From: Schizochytrium sp. TIO01
Taxonomy: Eukaryota; Protista; Bigyra: Labyrinthulomycetes
Assembly: GCA_004764695.1 (NCBI GenBank)
Contig: SMSO01000037.1
Coordinates: 2,580,747 to 2,644,746 of the forward strand
Direction of reading: 5' to 3'
DNA length: 64,000 nt
Shown here: positions 1-12,189 of the stretch, piece by piece
How positions within the stretch are numbered: the first letter of the stretch is position 1
How the letters are laid out: each line of letters starts with the position of its first letter
The notes under the pieces: generated by a model
Seen by the model: only the letters and a program-made list of their open reading frames with translations
What the model was told of the DNA's origin: nothing
Database searches by the model: none
Position numbers and translations under genes: made by a program

Positions 1-578
1 GCAATGTGCTGACCTTGGAAACAAAACTCCGAAGTAGGCGCAACCTTGTTTCCCTGGCCACTATGTGGTTGCCTGATCAAAACCTAAGCGGGGCGTAAAC
101 CCTATGGAATAAAATAGTTTATCGAGAACACTCGAGCAATATTGTAAACATCATACATAGTATACTCCGCAATTACCGAAGCAGCTCCTTATATGAGCAC
201 CTGGTAGGCAACATTATATTAATTTAAAAAATCGTAATACGGTAGAGTCTCACAAACAAATTAAGTACTCCATCTGATGTGATATCACTCAAACTAACTT
301 GGAATCCAATTTAAAATCCTACCTAACTAATCACCGAGCGCTCAGCATTATGAATAAACCTTGACATAAGTTAACTATACTAAGCACCCTCAAAGCCTAC
401 TTTCTATATATAATTCTCTAAGAACTGTATCAGAAAGTCTTCCCAGAGCCAAGCTACTCCAAGATAACAAAACATTTGAACTTTCTGATCAAATCGAATA
501 TTCAAAGTTGTTCACATCTCAATAGAAATATAAACAAATCAAACAAGATCCATTTATGCCAATTCAATATTGTTAACG

Positions 579-3500
579 TCATCTTAATCCATCCAATCTA
601 AATCTACGGCCAATAACATCAGGTGTCAGCAAAGGCAAAAGCTGTGCGCCTAGAATACTCGGAAGACTTTTATCTTGAATGTTTTCAGTCCAGTACTTAC
701 ACAGACGCTCCCCGCGTAGCACCCTCCACGCCTTACGAACCTGTTCAAATGAATCAGGGTAAAATGGATCTTGCCCGAGTCTTCTTGAGCAATTTCTCAC
801 ATGCTCATGGCAAGATTCACTATCCTCTGAACTATATTCCAGACACCAAGCACAAAAGTGGTGACCACATGCAGGATTACCACATTTCACAGCACAACAC
901 CCTTCAAACTTATCAAAACAAGCGTTGCAGTTCGGACAGTATGCATTCAGGATTTTCTCCTGTATGTACCGTAGATGCATCTGTGCATCGCGGGTCAGGC
1001 CATCTGTTTGAATAACTTCAGCCATTCGCCTCTGAATTTCTTGCTCGGCTCGAACTGCTGCTTCACTTTCTACCTTCATCTGCGCAATTCGCAATAAATG
1101 ATTTAAGGCATTCGGAGCAAGGCGAGTGATCTCTTGACCCGTGATTCTTCCATCACATCCAGGATTCATGCAGGCCATTGTACCGTCGGCATCCACAGTA
1201 ACGGAAGCATCTGGCTGCGCAGCAGCTTCTACTGACCTTGCGATACAATCTTGGCAAAGAAAGTGCCCCCTTTCACAGCTTGTGCTCTTGGAAAGTGGAT
1301 TTGCCACCTGACACACAAGACACACCCCTGTTGGAGCTTCAGAGACTCCAAATGCTTCATGTTGAAGTGCTTCATGCGCACTCAAGCGCTGGTTAGGGTT
1401 TCTTGCTTTCAGGGTCTCAATGAGTTGCTGCATTGCACTAGTTAGCTCAGGATAAAGCTCCTCTAGCACTACACCCACAGAGTACATATCCATTGCTGTT
1501 TGGAACTTCTCCACAGGGCCATTTTTTAACTCAGGAGCAATGTACCGGGGTGTCGCCTGAAGAGACGTGAAAGTTGCAGTGTAGTTTGCAACTTTGATGC
1601 CATCAAAATCACCAAGCAATGGCGTTCCATTACTTGTGAGAAAGATATTTTCTGGTTTGATATCACAATGCACGATTCCATGATCATGTATATCTGCCAC
1701 ACCAATGAGCAGCCCTGTAGCAAGCCGATCACGAGCCGCCTTGCCTTCATTAGGGTGTTCCTGAATCCATTTGGCTAAGTCTCCTTGCTCGTAGAACGGC
1801 ATGACAATACATCCACGTGGCAACCCATGAGAAGTGTCTATAAAAGCACCAGTTATACGAATTACGTGCTGAGACGTTACCTTTCCTAAATTGGCAACTT
1901 GCTTGTAAAACGTCTTTGATTGGCTTATGTGACCAAGCTGGAACTGCTTAAGAACCAGTGTCTTACCATCATTGTCAAGAACCTTTTGTACGGTCTTGCC
2001 CCCTCTGAAAGCGAGGGGGCGTCCAACAGGCTGAAAGTCCGAGATATTGACATTTGCCAACCAGAGGTCTGAGCAAGCCACTTCAAATACACCATCTGTG
2101 CTTACATGGAGCCTTTCCAACCAAACTTGGTCTTTCACGAGCTCTGGGTAGTGTTCTTGCGCATGTTGCAGAGTTTCAGCAAGCTTATGGCGATAAATCT
2201 TACTCAGTTCGACAGGAGTTCCTTTGGATAAAATACCTTCTTGCTCCGTAATCTCATCGCGATAAAACTCCCTTTTCTTCTCTGAACTAGCTTCGTTAAG
2301 ACTCTCTTTGGCTCTTCTTAAACCTTCCATTGCCTTTCGCGAAGTTTCAAGCTTCTTTTGTAGCTGCTCCATATTGGAGACATTTGGTTCCGTTGAACCC
2401 AAACGCACATAGTCATATAGCTCAGCGAGAACGTCTGGTTCAAGCGTGTTTGTGTTTTCATTTAACTCAATACCCTCAGCAAGATTTTCCACACGATGGA
2501 AAGCTGAACCGATGGTTCGCAGTACACTTTGCTCTTTTGCATGCAATGTATGCTCTTTAAGTAGTCCGAGCTCTTCTTGAAGAGCATTTTGGAGTTCGAT
2601 CAGTTCAAGTTTTAGCTCTGACGCCTTCTCAGGTGATCTGAGGACGACGCAGAATGCATCACCAAGCCCCAATTCTGCTACCCGCTCTATGACCCTTTCG
2701 ACAGCCTGTTTGCTTCGTTGCTCAGCAGATCGGCCCTTTTGGTTCAACCTCAATCTGTAGTCTTCGACGCACTTGCCCGCCTGAGTAGCAAGTTCTTGAT
2801 AGCTCTGAAAATCGTCAGTGCATGTATCTTGAGCGCCAAAATTTATGGCCAGATGATCTAACACACTTGTGAGTTTCACTTTAAATTTGTGGACGCCATC
2901 CTCGTCATTTTCAGGGAAGCTTTGCATGAACCCAGGTTTGAGTGTCTTCGACGAGTGATCGCAGGTGTTCTCGTTCCGCATTGCGCTGTTTAATGAGACT
3001 AAGCAAATCATCTTGGCAGCTTTCACGGGAAGCCTGGCTTTGGAGGTTCTCTAGACGCTCTTTGGCATTTTTGACATCACCAGAAGTTTTCCGCAGCTTT
3101 GTTGGACCTAAGTCGATACTTTGATCCTCAACGTAACGTGGCAATCCACTGTGGACGGTTTCACGAATTTGGGATTGGAGGGTTTCTAAACGCTTTATAG
3201 AACTGAAGATGTCATTAGAAGCTTTTTGCATCTTAATTTGGCCAAAGTAGCCTTTAATTGCAGGAGCCAAAAATTCCTCGAGCAGCTCGATCCCAATGTG
3301 TTGAGATTCTTCTCCAACTTTGCCAAGCCCCATGCGCAAATCCGAGACTTTTTCGGCAAGTTGAACCACATTCCCAAACTTCACACTGGTAATTTCCGGA
3401 TTTTTTCTTAAGATGATGTAATCAAATGCAGTGAACGAGCAAGTCAGGATTTTATTAAAAGAAACTATGTCGCTCAACTACGAAGACAATGAACTTACGC

Positions 3501-6500
3501 GGATTTATCTGGATCACGGAGGTCTTCAGGAACCTCAATATCTTCGTTGCTTTCTGATACTGCAGAAGTCCTAGGTGCCTCGTCTATTATTATGACACTT
3601 GAATCGGGGTCTGAGGATTCGGTGTCTGAAGAACCAATGTCCTCAGCAGAGCTATATACCTCCTCAAACAAGTTCTCATGAGCTGCATTAGTTGAAAAAG
3701 GCTCTTTGTAACTGTTTTACATCAATTATACGCTCAGAGTGGCAGTTAGAAAAACAATCAGTGCAGTATATACGACCTCATAACTCCATCTATGAAAGGA
3801 GAAATGCAGAATAGGAGGTTTTGACCTAGCTCGAAGCAACGATAACAGAAGCCTGGAACTTACCGGATTCCCACAGAAGGAAATGCTTTGTGAAGAGACT
3901 TCAAAACACCAACGCTAATATGATTATCCCAGATACTGTAGGTTCGTTGTTTGTTCATCATCAAGAGTAGTCAGCCAAGCTCTGTTCATATTAATTACCA
4001 ATGCGGGATCCAGGATTATTATTTCTTCATTTTCTGTTGCCTGCCCATATTCAATGATAAGAAGCTGATCGTCTTGGCTTAGTATGCGCAGACTTGTTCT
4101 ATTCTTTTTGTTTTGTTTTGGTCCATTCTTTTAGTCCCGCTCCTCTTTGCCTTTCTTTTACTTTCTACGACAAACAGTACATCAAATAATCACCCATGTG
4201 CGTTTCTATGTAATGAACGTACTGTAATAATACCAATTCATTGCAATACTCCAGTGTATTGATGAGAGCCTTGGCACCTGCATCACCGAAATTGTTAGAA
4301 TGAAGACTGTGTACTCCATGACTCAATCATCGTCAAGGCATGTCAGTTAAATGCTATATGTACAGCCGCTTAGGTGTCACCATGGGACACTCTCACACTC
4401 TCACTCTCTTCACAATTCACAATTCACAATTAACTATTTGTACATTCTCAGCATTTGAAAGAGAATCCTAATGATTTTTGCACGTCATGAGTTTTTGCAT
4501 TTTATTTTTGCGTCTCTACGCGGTAACAAATATTGATATTTTTTCCATTTCCTATTTCCCTACTTTGTTTCCCCCAAGAGAATATATCGAGTATATTCTA
4601 TGCAAATTCCCATCGATATAAACATACTCTAGTGTGACCAGACCCATGCAGCTATTCAATGCCTTGCTGACAGCCTCAATGCCTGCAGCACCAATTCGGT
4701 TAGACCCAATACTGTGTGTACGTTGGATGGTAGATGCCAACAAAGTTAGTCAAATGCTCTACATATCATTGGTCGATCGCCGCAAAACCTATGATTGAAA
4801 GTATACGCTTCTGTCGCTACACGATTTGTTTTCTTAGCGACTGAAGCGTGACCATTTTGATTTTTGCCCTGTTGTGTAGACTATTTGTAGTAGCCTAGTT
4901 TCCTGCATTTGAGCCTCCTCTTGTGGAAATCCGTCTTGTCCTTTCCTTCAAATAAACGTGAAACAAGGATCCATATACATTTTTTCCATGAGACGTACTT
5001 CAATTCGAACAGGTCCTCGCAGACCTCCAGCGCTTTAGCGAGAGCCCTGGCGCCTTCATCGCCAATATCATTATCCTCAAGACTGTGTTAACGTCATTCA
5101 ATCGTTGTCAAGAGAAGTCAGTTAGGTGCTACGTGTATCAATCGCCCATGTACCACTAAAGATGACCTTTCTACCTCTGCTTTTCACTGTTTTATGGGAT
5201 ATGAAAGCCGAGCTCAATGATATTTGATTTGGCAACATAAAAATTGGGTTGCTATCCTTGTTCTTCTTCACATTTCTGTTTCTTATCAAAATATTGCAGA
5301 TCAGCTTGTATAGTGCAGCGTTCTTCCGTAAAACGTACTTTAATTCGGTCAATTTGCTGCAGTTCTCCAGCGCCTTGGCCAGCGCCTTGGCACCTCCCAT
5401 GCAAATCTTGTTATGTCGAAAACTGTATGTATGTCATAAGATGTATTCAAGCCAAGTTAGCCGAAGGTGCATTTAATACCCAAAAGTCACTGGAAGACTG
5501 ACGCCCCCAGGTTTTAATGCTGTGTTTGTATTCTCAGTCTTTTTAAGTTGGACCAAATTTCTCTGGGAGGTTTATGTTTTGGCGTCATCTATTTGGGCTT
5601 CTAAGTAAAGAACCTCGTTGCTATCTTATCTTTGTCCTTCCTTCGCGTTTCTCTCTTCTTCTTTTTTTTTTTTTTTTCTTCTCGAACTAGTAAATTTAAT
5701 CTAAGAAGTCATTCATCTATATAACGTACTTCAATCTGGTCAATTTCTTGCAGTTCTCCAGCGCCTTGGCCAGGGCCTTGGCACCTTGTATACGAATGTT
5801 GTTGTACTGAAGACTGTATCATTAAGGCGTTGCCAAGGCAAGTTAGTCAACTGCTGCAGATTTGATTTGTCGAAGAACCACTACTTAACACGGGCTCTTC
5901 GCCCATAGTTGGCTGATCTCTATTCTCAGTGGTCAACCAGAACAGAGGAACATCTTGCCTTTTGCAGTTAAGCGTCATCTCTATGAACCTTCTCATGGTA
6001 AGGGGGATCCTTGCTACTATATTCGTTATGTTGCCATTCTATCACCTTCTTCTTGATCTCTCCTCCTCTTCTATCCTCACCTCTCTGTCTCTGTGCTTGA
6101 TTTACTACAAATATCGAATAGAATCCATGCAACCTACTACTCTCAAACTTACTTCAACATGGTCAGGTTTGTGCAGTCCTCCAGTGATTCTGCAAGAGAT
6201 TTGGCGCCTAAGTTACCAATCGCGTTAAATCCAAGACTATGTGTTTGTGTGGATTCGTTGTCAAGGCAAGACATGACAAGACAAATTAGTCAAGTGCTAT
6301 ATATTTCAATCATTGTTGCGCCAAAGACCGCTGCTTCTCTTTACGGCGATGCTTAGTCTGGATTCTCAGCATTTGAAGTCGGTCGTTTTGCTTTTGCGTG
6401 TGTTCTTGCGCCATATTTCCTACTATAATAGCGACTTTTCAATTACTTTTTTCGTTGCTGGTTGGGTATTCCCATCTTGATTTCCACATTTCCTTCTCAG

Positions 6501-9500
6501 GTCAAATAAAACACTTGCATTTTTTCCCCGTAAAACTTACTCCAAAAAGATCAGATTTTTGCAACCCTGCAACACCTTTGCAAAGGCCTTGACTCCTCCA
6601 TCACCAATTCCATTATTATGAAGACTTTCAATGGTTACAAATACAAAAGTCAGTCAAGTGCTGCATGTAGCAATCGTTTATGCGCTACCACAGAACACAA
6701 TCTCTTCACATTTTGGTGCCTCTTCTATATTCTCTGAACTCCAGTGACGACCATTCTGTTTGCTCATCCCGTGTTGGACTTGATTCATTTGAGTATTCTC
6801 TTGGTGAGAAACCGATCTAGTTTCTTTATAGGATTCGAATATCCTTTCATCTGTAAAACGTACTTTAATTTTGTTAGGTTCGTGCATCCCTCCAGTGCGT
6901 TAGCGAGAACCTTGGCAGCTTCAACGCCAATTTCGTTACCCATAAGGCTGTTTATATTCGCTCATCCAACGTCGAGACTAATTAGTCATATGATGCCATC
7001 TCAGTTGCCTATGCATAGCCAAAGAGCGTCATTTCCCCATGCTTCGTTGCCTGTTCTATATCTTCAGCGTTATGAAATTGGCACCATTTATCTTTCTTTT
7101 GGCGTCCTTCGTTTGGGCTTCTCGGTAATAAGAGACCAATGTGATATATATCCTCTCTCTTCCACTTCCTTCTTGTAACACATCATGCATATTCATGTAA
7201 CCTTTCATTCACAAAACGTACCTCATCGTAGTCAGGGTGGTACAACCGCACAAGGCCTTGGCGAAGGCTTTGGCGCCTCCTTCGCCAATATTATTAGCAT
7301 CAAGACTGTGTGTATGCCGTTAGTTTGTCATCACAATAAGTTAGCCAAGTACTATCTATATCATGTGCCAACTTTCTACCCAAACGCGCTTTCTTCATGC
7401 CTGCGAGTCAAAGCTAATTGTTTTGGTTGGCTTAATGGTTTGGAGTTCTGCATGTGGATCTCCTTTGCCTTCGAGACCTTGTTACTTGCATGTTTTTACT
7501 CGCTTGCCCTGATTCCATTCCCCATCGAGATTAGCGACTAACATTTACGCCGCCTTTCGTTCATAAAACGTACCTTAACGTGGTCAGGGTAGTACAGCCG
7601 TCCAGGGCCAAGCCAAATGCTTCAGCGCCTTTACAGCCAATATTGTTCTTATCAAGACTGGGTGTTGTTATCAAGACAAGTCAGTCAATTTCTATCTTTA
7701 CCCCGGCACCTCCACTATTCCCTCCAAAAGTCAACAATGCAATCTGTGCAGCGTTTCGTTTACAAAACGTACCTTAATGTGGTCAGTGTAGTGCAGCCTT
7801 GCAGGGCCTTAGCGAAGGATTTGGCGCCCCCGTCGCCAATATTGTTAGCAGCAAGACTGTGTTTTTGGATTTAGTTTGTTGTCACCACGAATTAGTCATC
7901 TTCTATCTATACCATATGTCAATAATGTAGCCACAATTTTCTTCACCCTGAGCTGCCTGTTAGTGATATAAAATCAATATGTTTGGCTTCTTTATTCAGG
8001 TATCCTCTCTCTTTAAGACCTTGTTATTTTGCTTTCCATGTTTCTCTTCTTTATCGGTTTCCTATCGGAAGTAGAAATTATGCTTCATACAACCGTTCGT
8101 TCATAAAACGTACCTTAAAGTGGTTAGGGTAGTGCAGCCGTTCAGAGCCTTGGCGATAGCTTTTGCCCCTTCATCGCCAATATCGTTATTATCAAGACTA
8201 AGATTGTCATATGTTCGTTGCAAGAATAAGTCAGTCAGATGTTACGATACCATTCCCCAATTTTCTTCCCTGGGATTTGTCTTCTTCAAGCTTCGCTGCC
8301 TGCTTTTAACTTTTAGCAGTTCAAAGCTAATCATTTTGTTCAGCTTTGAATTGACTATCTGTAGACGAGTCTCCTCTTATTGAAGCACGTTGTAGTGTTG
8401 ACTTCGCTCTTTTGTAATGCTCTGCGTTTCTTTCCCATCGAAAATATTAAGTAAAATCGACGATTTTTTTCGTTCACGTGACGTACCCTAATGTGATCAG
8501 GTTAGTACATCCTTCTAGGACCTTGGCAAAAGCCTTGGCACCTTCATCGCCAATTTTGTTGAACTGGAGTCTGTTTATCCCATTTTTTTCATTTGTTGTT
8601 TAGTTGAGTAAGTCGAGAGCTGCCCACACCATATTCACTATGTCACCACAGAACACTTCATATAAACATACCTCAATTCTTGCAGCTCATTGCAACCCTC
8701 TAGAGCATTGGCAAGGGCCTTGGCGCCTTCACCACGAATATTGGCGGCCTCCAAACTTTGTATATTTCATTCAGTGGTTGTCCAGACAGGTCAGCAAAAT
8801 CCATTCTAATCACCCTTATGCAACAAAAGATGAAATCCTTCATATCTCCAAACTTTGCTGTGTTGTCCTCATGTCGGTGTTTGGAAGCCGAAATGTCTAA
8901 CTTCGCAGCGTTTACACCTTTTGACATTTTCATTAAATTCAATTTCTCTTGGTAAAAGCCTGACAAATGGCTTCATTCTCTCTTTCCCATCTCGTCTTAA
9001 ATATGAAATGGAAATATCAAAGTTGAGTTGTAAAGCTTTCCTGTTCATGAAACGTACTGTAATCCTATCAAGCTGTGGCAGCCCTCCAGCGCCTTGGCGA
9101 TCGCCTTAGCACCAGTTGCGCAGATGTTGTTGTATCGGAGACTAGGTGCATTTCATTATTAATTGTCATCAAAGGTTAGTTAAGCATTATAAACGTTGAT
9201 CACAAAATCGCCACCATACATTGCCACCTCATATTAGGCGGCTGGTGATTCAATTTCCTAAGGATCTAGTCCAATGACTAGTATTTTTACTTTTGCACTA
9301 TTATAACTTTGCATTGACCTTTTTGCAAACCCACTTGGGAGAGCAACACTTATTGGTGGCTTTCTCCCTTCTCCAGTGTCTCTCTTCTTTTTGCTAACTT
9401 CGATTTCAAATATCTGTTTGGCAATTAAACATACCTTAGCATAACCAAATTCTTACAGCCTCCGAAGCCCATGGCGAGGGTTTCGGCGCCTTTAGGACCA

Positions 9501-12189
9501 ATGTTGTTGTTTTGAAGACTGTGCACTCGTACGTTGCCAATATTAGTCGATTGAATTTTGCTTACCCAAGCCATAGATCACCACTACTCCTGCGAACTTG
9601 CTACCTCGTCCATGATTTCATTCTAAATCTGATCTTTTAAGCTACTGGATCAATTGTGTCGTGGTCTTATTAATTCAGACCTCTTTTGCCAAGAAATCTT
9701 GTTGCAATCATTGAGTTTAACCCCATCCAACTTTCAGAATAGTAGTTCTTTCTTTTAGTAAACGTACTTTAGCGCGGTCAAGTTACGGCAACCATCTAGA
9801 AGCTTGACGAGGGCCTTAGTGCCCAGAAAGCCAAAGTGGTTGTCTTCCAGACTGTCATTCGTTTTCAAGCATGTTAGTCAAGTTCTGCCCACATGTCATA
9901 CCTGTGAAGATGTTCCTGGGTGAAACGTACTTCAACCTTGTCAAGTTCTTCAAACCCTCCAGCGGCTTGGCGAGGGATATGATGCCTTCTGCACCAATGT
10001 CGTTACCTCCGAGACTGTAACAATGACACCCATTCGTTATTGAGACAGGTCAGTTTGGTGTTGTAATGTAGGTTGTATATGCGCCACAATAGGGGACGCC
10101 TCTCTTCACTTCGTAGGTATTCTCATACTACTTAAATTTGAAAGCTGGTGATCTGAACTTTTGACCAACTTGAAATTCGACAGTGGTTGTTTAGGTCTTA
10201 AGAAAACTTGTAATTGATCTCTCTTTCTTTTTCTTTAAATTCTCTCCCAAGAAATCCAACATAAACAATCTAAGCAAACTTTTATGAACGAAACGTACCT
10301 CAATTCTTTTAGATTCGTGCAGCTCTCCAGGGCCTCGACAAGGTAAAATATACCTTCTGAACCAATGTTGTTACCCCCAATACTGTGTATATTCGTTCGC
10401 TCCACGTCAAGAAATGTTAGCCAAATACTACTCTCCATTTCAATTGCACTTATGAGCCAAATTAAACGGCTTCTTTTGATCGATTTGCTTCTCTACTCAT
10501 TCACGATCACTAGGTTTGTCTCCGCTTTCGAGATTTGAACTCATCTCTATGAGACGCTTCGAGGTGGGTAACCTTATTGTGAGCTGTCTCTGTTTTATAT
10601 CTCCTTTCGATTGTTATCAGACGGGAATAGCAACCTTCTTTCCTTAAATACAACTTTTCCTTCCGTGAGACTTACCCTAGCCTGGTTAGTTTCTTGCAGC
10701 TCTTCAATGCCTTGGCGAGGCTTTTAGTACCTTTAGCGCCGATGTTATTATTTCGAAGACTGTGTGTTTCTCTCCACATTCATAATTAAAACGGGTCAGT
10801 CACATGCAATTCATCTCAATCGCCAGTGTGTCACTAAAAAGCAATTCTTTCTAGTTTTTGATGCTGTTATATTATGTTTTCGTATCTCTTTTCAGTTCCT
10901 TTCCCCATCAAACATACCCCAATACGGTCAGATTATTGCAGCTCCCCAACGCCTTGGCAAATGCTGTGACACCTTCAGCGCGAACATCGTTACCCCCGAG
11001 ACTGTGTGTATTCATTCGTCCATTGTCAGTACAAATTAGTTAACGGCTAGCCATTCCAATTATCAATGTCAAACCAAATTACGCTGCATCTCTTCATTGC
11101 TTCAACCTAACACTACATTCTCATCAGCATTTCAAACGTGGTCGCTGGATTTTTATCACTCCTTTGCATTTTCCAAATATCTCTTTGTGTCTCTCCTTAA
11201 TACGCAACCTGATTGCAAGCTGCATTCGTTCTCGTTTCCGACCTCTTTTGCTTTCTTCTCAGCGAATATTTGCAAATACAACCCACGCAGCTTTTTGTCA
11301 TTGAAACTTACAAGACGTTAGTCAGATTGTTGGAGGCCTCCAGTACCTTCGCGAATGCTTTGGCACCTTCAGGGCCCATATTATTGTTTTGAAGACTATG
11401 CGCATATCCTCAGTTTGTGTATTGTAAGAAAGTTAGTCATATGCACCAACTTTTCATGTCTCACAAAAGGAGTCTGGCTCTCTAAACTTTATCATTTTCT
11501 TTCTATATGTTCTCAGCACTTTAACTTTGACCACCCAGACTTTTCAACCGTTTGTGATACGCCAATATTTTTTGAGTCTCTCCTTGGTAAACAATCCCTG
11601 AGAATCAATCTTCATTCTGCTTTCAATCTTACGTGTTGCCTTCCCAACAAGAATTACTAATACAAACCACACACCTTATTTCTCTTGAAACTCACGATAA
11701 TATAGTCAAGTTTTTGGAGCCCTCCAGAGCCTTGGCGACGGCCTTGGTACCATCAGGACCAAATTTGTTGTCATGGAGACTAAGTTTGCATCATTTGATC
11801 GTATTTCCAGAATAAGTTAGTTGCCTTACATTTGAGACCTCCTCATGGTAAGAACCCATCTGGTTTTCTGCGTTCTCGCTGTCTGTATCGCTTCTTTCTT
11901 TTACAAGAAAAGTACAATACAACCTTCGATCCAATAAACCTACTTCAAGTGTACTAAGTTCTTGCAGCCCTCCAGCGCCGCGGCGAGGGCTCTAGCATCT
12001 TCGAGACTCAAGTTGTTGTTGCTAAGACTGCACATATCGAATGAACAAAGTAGGTCCAGTGAGTAACGATTCTTTCAAAAACATGAAGACTTGGAATGCC
12101 CAACTTCGCCTTCTCTACGCCAAACTATGAACTTACTCCACCTTTGTGGTGTTGGTATTGATAGCTTCAATGCTCTCTGCGATAGTCAT
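579..12189 (-). CDS. 28-exon LRR(24 plus cap)-acidic linker-coiled coil-Ser/Thr kinase-RING/Rcat (RBR-like) protein, ~1,726 aa; one apparent +1 nt indel at 2914-2916
   Basis: Manual splicing. Exon 1 is 12137-12189 (MTIAESIEAINTNTTKV). Then 24 LRR exons of 84 nt (4223-12027), a cap exon 3864-3935 (IWDNHISVGVLKSLHKAFPSVGI), an acidic exon 3499-3711 (YKEPFSTN...DPDKS) and a terminal exon 579-3406 (ORFs 2911..3477 and 579..3026 join if one base is removed from CTTCCCTGAA). All introns are GT-AG and phase 2. Kinase motifs: LVLK, HCDIKPEN, DFD, YIAPE, DMYSVG. RING: CLVC..CERGHFLCQDC..CMNPGC. Rcat/IBR-like: CPNC..FEGCCAVKC..CGHHFCAWC. Confidence 0.88.
4223..12027 (-). repeat. Tandem array of 24 single-LRR exons (84 nt each) with homologous introns
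   Basis: Exons (plus coordinates): 4223-4306, 4628-4711, 4999-5082, 5339-5422, 5730-5813, 6153-6236, 6541-6624, 6864-6947, 7222-7305, 7574-7657, 7773-7856, 8114-8197, 8487-8570, 8672-8755, 9058-9141, 9435-9518, 9768-9851, 9931-10014, 10299-10382, 10676-10759, 10918-11001, 11312-11395, 11696-11779, 11944-12027. Each is flanked by an AG acceptor and a GT donor (mostly GTACGT, GTAAGT or GTATGT), usually with a CTRAC-like branch point. Consensus xLxxNxIGxEGAKALAxALxGCxxLxxL; all translate without stops. Confidence 0.95.

Noticed and set aside
4223-12027. Regularly spaced repeats read as a CRISPR array or transposon repeats
   Set aside because: The units are protein-coding, bounded by GT-AG splice sites, diverge mainly in a codon-wise pattern, and the spacers are 79-340-nt introns; no cas or transposase genes.
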